Sequence record: DRR378314_1513 | DNA length: 53,624 nt | Strand: one strand, 5' to 3' | In this document: positions 18,513 through 26,837 of the stretch, one piece after another | How the letters are laid out: the number at the start of each line of letters is the position of its first letter | How positions within the stretch are numbered: position 1 is the first letter of the stretch | Position numbers and translations under genes: made by a program | The notes under the pieces: generated by a model | What the model saw: only the letters and a program-made list of their open reading frames with translations | The model's database searches: none | Told to the model about the DNA's origin: nothing

Positions 18513-19769
18513 ATGAAATTCCTTCAAGATGAATTGGTGAAATCTAAAATGTCCCTGCGCCAAGTTCGCCGTCGAATGGCAAGATATCTGAAATATTTTG
18601 GTCTGTTTTGTGCGCTCCTAACTCTTGGGTTATTGGCTGTTTACTTTCTGATATTGCGCCAGCCGAACTATCAGGAACCGACACCGACAGCTGATCAAAA
18701 CTCCATCGTGCCGGATGGCGGAATGTGGCTGAAGGGCGATTTTCATATCCACTCTCGGCACAGTAAGGATTCCACAATTAATCCGGTGTCCAGGATTATC
18801 GGGTTTGCCGAGGATAATGGATTTGACATTCTGGCTATCACGGATCACGACAATCATGTGTTCGGGGATGTACGGAAGAACACATGGGCGGATCCTGAAT
18901 TCAGGTCGGAAAGCGTCCTTTTATTTTACGGAGCAGAATGGACAACGCACCGCGGTCACGCGAACACATTTTCAGTTAAGCCATATGACCATGCTCAGTT
19001 TTTTGCCGCACGGGACTCGCGGGATCAGGATTTGCTGGAGCTGAAAAGCAAACTTGGAATACATGTGTCAGCGAACCATCCTATTGGCGGTGATCCTTAC
19101 AGCTTCAGTTATGATTTCGCTGACTCTCTTGAGGTTTGGAACTCCGTTCAATTCACATCGGGCGCGATAGTTTGGGATGACTTGCTAAAATCCGGGCGTA
19201 TGTTACCCGGCCGTGGCGGCAGTGATTCTCATCATGGTTTTCCAGGTGTAGGAGAAAAGAAAAGCGACAGAACATTTGAACGCAGATTCAATTATGTAGG
19301 TACACCTACGACATGGTTGTACGCAAAATCACGCACGCTGGAGGGGGCATTGGATGCAATGGAGGCAGGGCATATGTCTGTTTCAGCCAACCCGTACAGC
19401 CCCCGTTTAGAGTTTGCCGCGGACACAGACGATGATGGTGCGTTCGACATGATGATGGGCGACAATCAGCGTGCGTCGACGAAGCCGGTGACATTCAAGG
19501 TTCAGCTTGTGGGCAACGGTGCAAAGGACCGACCGTACAAGGTACGAGTGATCAAGGATGGCGCTGAATTCCAGGTGCTCAACACGGATCCCAGCACAGG
19601 GGGTGTTGAGTTCACTGACACACCTCGTGCAGAGGAGAGAACCTACTATCGGGTCGAAGTGTACGGGAAGAAGAACCAATATCCTGAAGTTGGCTATTCG
19701 AGCTTGATCGGTGGCAATATGGTAGGCCTGTCGAACCCCATATATTTCAATTTTAACGCTAAGTTTTAG
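18513..19769 (+). CDS. PHP-domain metallohydrolase (CehA/McbA-like), N-terminally membrane-anchored
   Basis: WLKGDFHIHSRHS, AITDHD, GAEWTTHRGHAN, ANHP, GGSDSH and a C-terminal SNPIYF. Confidence 0.8.
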   Translation: MKFLQDELVKSKMSLRQVRRRMARYLKYFGLFCALLTLGLLAVYFLILRQPNYQEPTPTADQNSIVPDGGMWLKGDFHIHSRHSKDSTINPVSRIIGFAEDNGFDILAITDHDNHVFGDVRKNTWADPEFRSESVLLFYGAEWTTHRGHANTFSVKPYDHAQFFAARDSRDQDLLELKSKLGIHVSANHPIGGDPYSFSYDFADSLEVWNSVQFTSGAIVWDDLLKSGRMLPGRGGSDSHHGFPGVGEKKSDRTFERRFNYVGTPTTWLYAKSRTLEGALDAMEAGHMSVSANPYSPRLEFAADTDDDGAFDMMMGDNQRASTKPVTFKVQLVGNGAKDRPYKVRVIKDGAEFQVLNTDPSTGGVEFTDTPRAEERTYYRVEVYGKKNQYPEVGYSSLIGGNMVGLSNPIYFNFNAKF

Positions 19770-19814
19770 AATTGTCAGGTGCTCACACCCGACTTCGCTC
19801 TTTAAAACATTGCC

Positions 19815-19827
19815 GGTGGTGTCAGAC
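19815..19827. repeat. Isolated IS6-like terminal repeat
   Basis: GGTGGTGTCAGAC is identical to the IS6 end at 20025-20037. Confidence 0.5.
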
Positions 19828-19879
19828 CCTCCTTATCAAGTCAGGCAGCCTGAAGTCTCAACTTACCTGGCGACGGACA

Positions 19880-20005
19880 CATCTGGTCCTCATAGCCGAT
19901 CGGGTCTGTCTGCAGGAACCGGCCGAGGGCGGGATCGTAGATGCGGGCTTTGTAGTAATAGAGGCCCAGCCCCGTCAGCTCGATCTGGCCGGTATAGGCA
20001 AACCT
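19880..20005 (-). pseudogene. RHS repeat-associated core fragment
   Basis: The minus strand reads RFAYTGQIELTGLGLYYYKARIYDPALGRFLQTDPIGYEDQM, then loses similarity; the upstream side is cut by the IS6 end. Confidence 0.85.
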
Positions 20006-20024
20006 GCCAAAGGCCGCGTTGGAG

Positions 20025-20838
20025 GGTGGTGTCAGACGAATACGAACTAATCTCCGTTTTTCGTCTGACAGCAGGTCTTATACCGCAACCAACTCCCGTC
20101 ATTCACGAAGTGCGGCATCTAGTTTCTGTTTGAACCGGATTCTCGAATTGATATACCTTTCGAAATTTGAATGATTGTTCACTGAGGATTGAATCGAGAC
20201 GAATTTCTGCAAACTTCCCATGCGCCGGGAACGGGACATTGCTCGCTCTCGTCGTCGGAAAGGAAGATGGGAATTTTCTGCGCGATTGTTGAGATGCCGG
20301 CCGCACTCCTGACGGCCGGAATCTCCAATCTCTTTCATAGCCGCGCGATAAGATTGGCACCTGTCAGTTACGACGACCCGGGGATTGCCATACCGTTTCA
20401 TGGCTTTTCTCATGAATTTCAATGCGGAAGCCTTGTCCCGAATTTTCGTAACGAAGGACTCCAGAACTTCGCCCTCATGATCCAACGTGCGCCACAGACA
20501 GTGAGTCTTCCCACGGATCTTCACGAAGTCTCCGTCTTGGTGCCACTGCCATTGCGGACGTTGCCGCATCGCCTCTGAACAGCGCTTCCGGATCTTGTGG
20601 GCGAAGCAAGTGTCAAAGCGGCCCCCCCGGTGACGGATCGTTTCGCGAAAGATATCGATACAGCGCTCGTGAAGCAGGTCGTCCACATTGAGGAGCGATA
20701 GCGGAAAGCGAATATTCATCATCACCGCGAGCTGGATGATCTCAGGCGACGTCTTGAAATAGCGAAATGGATTCTGGCTCATTTCTGGGCTCCAAGCTCA
20801 AAAGTTCACCGCCTCAAGGTCTGTTCGGCTGACCACCC
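20025..20838 (-). mobile_element. IS6 family insertion sequence, decayed copy
   Basis: Ends GGTGGTGTCAGACGAA (20025) and ...TTCGGCTGACCACCC (about 20838) enclose an IS6 transposase gene. Confidence 0.85.
20078..20782 (-). pseudogene. IS6 transposase with a premature stop and degenerate motifs
   Basis: Homologous to 39938-40642. WHLDEVF has become WHQDGDF, and a TGA at 20099-20101 replaces the W of LEWREL; the frame continues RELVAV* to 20078. Confidence 0.75.
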
Positions 20839-20893
20839 CTTTCTGGACGTTAGATCAAAGATTTCCAGTTCAAACCATATAGAATGGCCATAG

Positions 20894-22510
20894 CTACCGT
20901 TGGTTTACCTCCAGCGCCTTGTTGATCCCCTTGAGCTTCGCTGCCTTGTCCACACTATCGGGCAAGACATGCTCCAACCGCTCGGGATCGCCCTGCCCCC
21001 GGACCCAGCGATCAGGAAACTCTGCCGCTTCCGGCCCCTTGTCAGAGCGGAACACTGCGCCCTGGTTGAACTTGTAGGTAAACGGCACTTCGCCTTTGCC
21101 GTCACCTCGCTCTATCGCCGCGTGCAAACGCTGTTGCAAGTCCAGGCGCACCTCAAGGAACTCCGGTTCATTGATCAGATTGTTTGTTTCACCGGAATCA
21201 TTCTCAAGATCATACAACGCGTCCGTATCCCAGACACCGTGAAGTCGAATGTATTTCCAACGCCCGTCCCGAATGGCAAACTGCGTTGGCGTATGCGGAT
21301 AATTGAACTCCCAGAAATACTCATAGATCATTTCATCGTCCCAGCTCTCAACTTCCGACGTAAGAAGCGGAACGATACTCTGGCCTTTCAGCGGCGCATC
21401 CGTTTGCGCACCAGCAAGCTCGATCAGCGTGGGCGCGATATCCAGCATGGAAACCGATGCTGTCTCAGTAACGCCAGTCCGCACATTTCCCGGTCCCCAG
21501 ACCAGCAGCGGAATACGCATGGATTCCTCGAACGCATTGCGTTTGTCGATCAAACCATGCTCACCAAACATGAACCCATTGTCTGACAGGAACACAATAT
21601 AAGTGTTGTCGGCCTCACCGCTCTCCTCAACCCATTGGATTAGTTCGCCCAAACTCTCATCGACTGCCGTCAATGTTTCTAGATAATCGCGCTTGTAGTC
21701 CGTAAGGGAGAGTTGCGAATGGTAAGGATAGTCCACGCCATGCCAGCTGTTGCGCTGGTTCTGCACCCACATCGGCTCTGAGGTCATCTCCTCTTCGGAG
21801 GGCGTGACATCCACAATATTCATATCGGAATACATGCCGTCATGGCGTTCTGCTGGCTCGAAGAAAGCATGCACAGCCTTGTGGCTCAGATAGACCATGA
21901 ACGGGTCTTCGTCGCCTTTCCGGCCATTGAGCCAGTCCAGCGCATAATCGGTGAGCTCGTCTGTGATGTAGCCTTTCTGATCGACATGTTCTCCATCGAC
22001 ATTGAGATATGGGACTTCTCCGAACATGCCACGTGGATAGTAATATCCCTGTCCCGGAAAGCTGACCCATCGGTCAAAACCGGGTCGCGGTGACGAATCC
22101 TCGCCGCCCATATGCCACTTGCCGAACAAGGCCGTGTCATAGCCCGCGCGCTGAAGCGCTTGCGGGAAGGTATCGAGTTCCGGGGCCAGGTCGGAATTAT
22201 TGTCGACCACGCCATGCTCCCGCATCGGCCGCCCGGTCAGCAAAGCAGCCCGACTGGGCGAACAAAGCGATGTGGTTACGAAAGCATTTTGGAAATGAAT
22301 GCCTTCTCGCGCCAGCCTGTCCATGTTCGGGGTGTTGAGATCAGGGTTCAGAATTCCCAGCGCGTCATAGCGCTGGTCATCTGTCAGCACCACAATGAAA
22401 TTTGGACGCTTTGCAGGCAATTCCGTCTCAACCGCCTGCGCGTCACTATCAAGCGACGCGCAAGCAGCGAGACACGAGCCGGCAAGCAAGAATGAAATAA
22501 GCTTTCTCAT
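20894..22510 (-). CDS. S1 sulfatase, lipoprotein (N-acetylglucosamine-6-sulfatase-like)
   Basis: Lipobox LAAC, RPNFIVVLTDDQRYD, CSPSRA formylglycine motif, GKWH, SDNG...GEHGLIDKR. Confidence 0.9.
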   Translation of the reverse strand: MRKLISFLLAGSCLAACASLDSDAQAVETELPAKRPNFIVVLTDDQRYDALGILNPDLNTPNMDRLAREGIHFQNAFVTTSLCSPSRAALLTGRPMREHGVVDNNSDLAPELDTFPQALQRAGYDTALFGKWHMGGEDSSPRPGFDRWVSFPGQGYYYPRGMFGEVPYLNVDGEHVDQKGYITDELTDYALDWLNGRKGDEDPFMVYLSHKAVHAFFEPAERHDGMYSDMNIVDVTPSEEEMTSEPMWVQNQRNSWHGVDYPYHSQLSLTDYKRDYLETLTAVDESLGELIQWVEESGEADNTYIVFLSDNGFMFGEHGLIDKRNAFEESMRIPLLVWGPGNVRTGVTETASVSMLDIAPTLIELAGAQTDAPLKGQSIVPLLTSEVESWDDEMIYEYFWEFNYPHTPTQFAIRDGRWKYIRLHGVWDTDALYDLENDSGETNNLINEPEFLEVRLDLQQRLHAAIERGDGKGEVPFTYKFNQGAVFRSDKGPEAAEFPDRWVRGQGDPERLEHVLPDSVDKAAKLKGINKALEVNQR

Positions 22511-22531
22511 AGCAAACCTCCAGATCGCAGT

Positions 22532-24787
22532 TTAGCGAATAGTCTTACCATCAGGTGCGATTTCAAAACCGCGCACATCCACAGACACTGGTGACAACAG
22601 GTCGCCGGCGTCATTGCCCAATGCGAACTCGTACACACCGGCTTCAACAACCCAGGCATCATTTTCCCATTCCGCCATCAGACGCGGATCAATGTCCAGA
22701 GCGACTTCGACTGCCTCGCCCGGATCGAGATCTTTCTTGGCAAAGCCGACCAGTCGCTGACGTGTCTCACCATTGACGGCGGTGAGATAGAGCTGTGCGA
22801 CGTCGGCTCCGGCAACATCACCCGTGTTGCTCAGGCTGAAGCTAGCGGTCAGTGCATGGGCTGGCCCGGAAATGTCGAGATCGCCCAACGCGAATTCAGA
22901 ATAGCTGAGACCATATCCGAAGGGGAATAGTGGCGTCAGATTTTTCCGTGCAAACCAGCGATAGCCAATGTCGGACCCTTCGATATTGTAGTCGACATTC
23001 AGTTCTGCGCCGGGCTCTCCCCGACCAAACATGCTCAACGGCACAGTGTAGAGTCCGTCCAGTTCCGGACGCGGCAACTGCTCCGTAGACGCGGGGAACG
23101 TGACCGGCAAATGGCCCGATGGATTGACGTCGCCAAACAAAACGTTCGCGATTGCTTCCCCGCCTTTGGCGCCCGGATACCAAGCCTCAATAACGCCCGC
23201 CACGTCTTCAAGCCAAGGCATCAGAACCGGCCCGCCTGTTTCGAGAACGACAACCGTGTTTGGATTCGCGGCGGCAACTGCGGCGATCAGTTCGTCCTGA
23301 TTGTTCGGCAGCGACAGAGTTGGAACATCGTATCCTTCCGTCTGGTATTGGGTGGCGAAAACAATGGCAACATCTGCAGCCGCCGCAACAACGGCCGCAT
23401 CCTCAGGATAACGTCCATCCCGATAGGAGACTTTTGCATCCGGTAGCGCCTCCCTGATCGCCTTCAGAGGAGAAGCATGATTGTACTCTTCTCCCAGGAA
23501 CGCTCCGAACGGCCCGCCTTCAACCGGCAAGAACGGAATCGTAGCAGACGGACCTTCGTCGCTATGTACACGGGACGATCCACCCCCCACAGGTGTTCCG
23601 GCGTCTGCCAGTCCACCGATCACCGCGACAGAAGACATTCCCTTCGACAGCGGAAGAGCCGAGTTTGCATTCTTCAATAGAACAATGGCTTCTTCCGCGG
23701 CAGCCAGAGCAACGGCTTCATTGGTATCGCGATCAACATCCTTGATGACAGGCGGGGATCGATCCAGCCCGTTGTCATAGATGGCATACAGGATATTGGT
23801 GGCCATCTCGCCAAGACGTTTCTTGTAGGCGGGGTCAGACTTTGCTGCCTCCAGCAAAGGTTCTCCCATGAACAGACCCTCGTCGAGCGCCGCACCGGAT
23901 TGCTGGTCGAGACCGGCGAGTGCGAAGTCCAACGCCTCAACCGCTCCCCAATCAGACATAACAAAACCTTTATAGTCCCAGTCTTCCCGCAAGACCTTGG
24001 TCAGCAGGAACTCACTGCCGCAGCTCAGCGGGCCATTCAGGCGATTGTAAGCGCACATAAGTGACCCGGCACCGGATTCCTCGATTGCGATCTCGAATGC
24101 CAGCAAGTCACTTTCACGCAGCTCTCCCTCGTCGATTACGACATTCATGAAATGTCGCCCTGTCTCTTGGGGATTGATTGCATAATGCTTCAGTGTAGAA
24201 ACAACGCTCTGCGATTGAATACCCCGAACCGCTGCCGCGCCCAGCAGCGCGGAATGAAGGGGATCCTCGCCCATATACTCGAATGTGCGACCATTCCTCG
24301 GGTCACGCATCAGATTGATGCCTCCCGCGAGCAAGACATTGAACCCCTTCGCATGCGCCTCGCCGCCAATCATCTGGCCGCCTGTTTCAATCAAATCCGT
24401 ATTCCACGTCGCTCCCTGGGCAATACCGGACGGTAATGCGGTGCCGCCACTGCCTCTTGAGCCGCCGAGCCAAGTCACGCCATGACTGGCATCAGTTTCG
24501 TACAAGGCTGGCACACCGAGGCGAGGAATACCTGGAATATAGCCCGCACCAGGTCGAGCTTCCTCTGGCGGCGGACTATCGAAGAATGGCATGGCGAGAT
24601 GACCAAGTGTCAGCGTCACGCGCTCCTCATCCGTCATTTGTGCATTGATGTCTTCGGCCCGCTCCAATGCATCCGGGTTCAGGTTCGGTTTTTCAACCAG
24701 CTCGGCGCTGGCACAGCCTGCCACGAGGAACATGAATGAAGCGCTTGTCAGAAGCGTCTGTTTTGTTGGCGTCATATCGTTGCACAT
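22532..24787 (-). CDS. GH3 beta-glucosidase-family glycoside hydrolase, lipoprotein
   Basis: Lipobox VAGC, RNGRTFEYMGEDP, KHYA, MSDW nucleophile motif, PLFPFGYGLSYS and a C-terminal Fn3-like domain. Confidence 0.92.
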   Translation of the reverse strand: MCNDMTPTKQTLLTSASFMFLVAGCASAELVEKPNLNPDALERAEDINAQMTDEERVTLTLGHLAMPFFDSPPPEEARPGAGYIPGIPRLGVPALYETDASHGVTWLGGSRGSGGTALPSGIAQGATWNTDLIETGGQMIGGEAHAKGFNVLLAGGINLMRDPRNGRTFEYMGEDPLHSALLGAAAVRGIQSQSVVSTLKHYAINPQETGRHFMNVVIDEGELRESDLLAFEIAIEESGAGSLMCAYNRLNGPLSCGSEFLLTKVLREDWDYKGFVMSDWGAVEALDFALAGLDQQSGAALDEGLFMGEPLLEAAKSDPAYKKRLGEMATNILYAIYDNGLDRSPPVIKDVDRDTNEAVALAAAEEAIVLLKNANSALPLSKGMSSVAVIGGLADAGTPVGGGSSRVHSDEGPSATIPFLPVEGGPFGAFLGEEYNHASPLKAIREALPDAKVSYRDGRYPEDAAVVAAAADVAIVFATQYQTEGYDVPTLSLPNNQDELIAAVAAANPNTVVVLETGGPVLMPWLEDVAGVIEAWYPGAKGGEAIANVLFGDVNPSGHLPVTFPASTEQLPRPELDGLYTVPLSMFGRGEPGAELNVDYNIEGSDIGYRWFARKNLTPLFPFGYGLSYSEFALGDLDISGPAHALTASFSLSNTGDVAGADVAQLYLTAVNGETRQRLVGFAKKDLDPGEAVEVALDIDPRLMAEWENDAWVVEAGVYEFALGNDAGDLLSPVSVDVRGFEIAPDGKTIR

Positions 24788-24850
24788 ACGGCAGCCTTCA
24801 TCGTGAAAGCGGCCAGAATGCCTCCCTTTGGTTTACGTCATGGATTATTT

Positions 24851-24890
24851 TTCCAGTTGGTAAATTTTCACGCCGGTAAATTTCTGTCAA
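24851..24890 (-). promoter_or_regulatory. Candidate GH3-sulfatase promoter with operator motif
   Basis: Minus-strand TTGACA (24890-24885) upstream of TACCAACTGGAA (24862-24851), a motif repeated near tetR and the TBDR gene. Confidence 0.5.
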
Positions 24891-24928
24891 GCGCGTTTTG
24901 AGAAGTCCGCTACGAAATTTGGAAGACC

Positions 24929-25987
24929 CTACTCGCTTGGCGATGGATCGTCGTAAACGACACGGAACCCGATATGGTTCGTGCCAAGGCCGGTTTCCTG
25001 TGGGTGGCGCGCAGCAGGCCTGTAACGGCGGCAATAGTTTTCAGCACACAGAAAACTTCCCCCTTTGATCACACGGGACGGCACGCCGGGGTTCGCCGGG
25101 TCGCCGCTCGCATCTTTGGTCGGACCCTTGGGGTTTGAGTGTTCATCCCCATGCGCGGGCGCATACCAATCTGTAGTCCACTCCCAGACATTGCCGAGCA
25201 TGTCGTAGAGGCCGTGGCCATTCGGCTCAAAACACCCCACGGGCGCGATTCCTTCAAAACCATCATCAGCGGTATTCATAACCGGAAAAATGCCCTGCCA
25301 TGTATTGGCCTGTTTTGGCGTGTCTGGAGAGTGCGCATCATTTGCCCGCCCGCCAAGCGCTGCAAACTCCCACTCGGCTTCTGTCGGCAGGCGCCCACCC
25401 GCCCATTTGGCAAACGCCGCGGCATCTTCGAATGCAACCTGGGTGACTGGAATATCCGTCTCGGCCTGGTCGGCATCTGGCCCTTGCGGTTGGCGCCAGC
25501 TGGCCGATGGCACCCAGGCCCACCAATTCGCATGCCCCACCATCTTTCCGGGGTCGGAAACGAATACGGCCCCGCCGGGTTCCGACACCTTGATCGGCTC
25601 GCCTGACGATGTCTCACCATCATAGTATGGCTTCTCCGCAACGGTTACGTACCCCGTTGCATCCACAAATTCCTGGAACTCGCCCGTCGTCACTTCTGTC
25701 GAGTCAATCCAGAAACCATCCACATAGACCGCCCGTGCGCGGCCTTCTTCACGATAGGTGTTGTTGCTGCCCATCACGAAGCTCCCGCCGTCGATCCAGA
25801 CCCTGGATTGCGTCGGCTGACACGATGTGGGCGACGACTCAGCGCTGGCCGCCGGGCCGAACACGCTGCTCTGCACGGAAACGAAAACGCCCAACCCGAC
25901 TAATGCGCACACCGCAGTGGCCCGGCCGCGCGCGAGGCGACCAAAACGCGGACGCCGACGATTCTCATGAAGCTGATGACTGGACAT
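24929..25987 (-). CDS. Formylglycine-generating enzyme (sulfatase-modifying factor)
   Basis: RLPTEAEWEFAA, GLYDMLGNVWEW, and RVIKGGSFLCAENYCRRYRPAAR with both catalytic cysteines. Confidence 0.92.
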   Translation of the reverse strand: MSSHQLHENRRRPRFGRLARGRATAVCALVGLGVFVSVQSSVFGPAASAESSPTSCQPTQSRVWIDGGSFVMGSNNTYREEGRARAVYVDGFWIDSTEVTTGEFQEFVDATGYVTVAEKPYYDGETSSGEPIKVSEPGGAVFVSDPGKMVGHANWWAWVPSASWRQPQGPDADQAETDIPVTQVAFEDAAAFAKWAGGRLPTEAEWEFAALGGRANDAHSPDTPKQANTWQGIFPVMNTADDGFEGIAPVGCFEPNGHGLYDMLGNVWEWTTDWYAPAHGDEHSNPKGPTKDASGDPANPGVPSRVIKGGSFLCAENYCRRYRPAARHPQETGLGTNHIGFRVVYDDPSPSE

Positions 25988-26010
25988 GCAGGCTTACTAC
26001 CCTGATAAAC

Positions 26011-26022
26011 TACCAATTGGAA
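26011..26022 (+). promoter_or_regulatory. Candidate TetR operator in the FGE/tetR divergent gap
   Basis: TACCAATTGGAA, near-palindromic and repeated four times in the locus. Confidence 0.55.
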
Positions 26023-26052
26023 GAATATCCCGTCTCGAACTCAGGAAATCCC

Positions 26053-26709
26053 ATGCCAAAGACACGTGATAAAGTAAGGGAGCCTCAACAGGAACGCTCT
26101 TTCGAGACGCGCGCCAACATCCTTGATGCCGCCCTGAAAGTCTTCGCTGCTGAGGGCTTTAGCGCGGCCAAGATCAGAGACATCGCGGAACTGGCCGGCA
26201 CCACCCACCCCATGATCACCTATCATTTCGGCGGCAAGGACAAACTCTGGCGAGCCGCCGTCGAGAACATGTTTCATAGGCTGGATCAGGAAGCCTTCAC
26301 CTTTGAAGAGCCGGAACCGGAAGATCCTGTCCTCCGGTTCAAGATCATGATTGCCCGCTATGTCAGATACTGCGCCCGCCACCCGGAGCACGCGCGTATC
26401 ACGATCGCAGAAACTGTTCGCGGCGGAGAACGCCTGAAATGGATGGTGAAGAATTTCGTGGAAACGGGGCACGGCAATTTCGTACCCCTGTGCCAGAGCA
26501 TGATGGATCGGGGCGTCATCCCCCACATGTCCGTCACATCGTTTCTCTACTCACTCGTTGGCATGTCACAACTCGCCTTCGTCCTCGCGCCCGAAGCCAA
26601 ACTGGCCTTCAAAGTCGACATGAAGAGCGAGGAGATGATCGCAAACCAGACGGAAGCCGTCTTCCAGATGATCTTCCGTGAGTCCGCCGCGGATTATCTG
26701 AACGCATAG
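26053..26709 (+). CDS. TetR/AcrR family regulator
   Basis: ILDAALKVFAAEGFSAAKIRDIAELAGTTHPMITYHFGGKDKLW HTH; the real start is ATG 26053 rather than the track start at 25609. Confidence 0.92.
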   Translation: MPKTRDKVREPQQERSFETRANILDAALKVFAAEGFSAAKIRDIAELAGTTHPMITYHFGGKDKLWRAAVENMFHRLDQEAFTFEEPEPEDPVLRFKIMIARYVRYCARHPEHARITIAETVRGGERLKWMVKNFVETGHGNFVPLCQSMMDRGVIPHMSVTSFLYSLVGMSQLAFVLAPEAKLAFKVDMKSEEMIANQTEAVFQMIFRESAADYLNA

Positions 26710-26737
26710 TTTTCGAGACACGCCTCACAACAAAACT

Positions 26738-26798
26738 TACCCTTTGGAAAGTTTTCTGTTGACTTTGGTGCGCGCCCGCTGAATTTTACCGATTGGAA
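26738..26798 (+). promoter_or_regulatory. TBDR promoter flanked by two operator copies
   Basis: TACCCTTTGGAA (26738), a -35-like TTGACT (26759) and TACCGATTGGAA (26787). Confidence 0.55.
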
Positions 26799-26837
26799 GA
26801 ATTCGGCCATCAGCGCTGCTCCAGGGAGGATAAAGGA

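Noticed and set aside
25609-26052. Long N-terminal extension of the TetR ORF
   Set aside because: It is antisense to the FGE gene and low-complexity; the TetR domain starts at ATG 26053.
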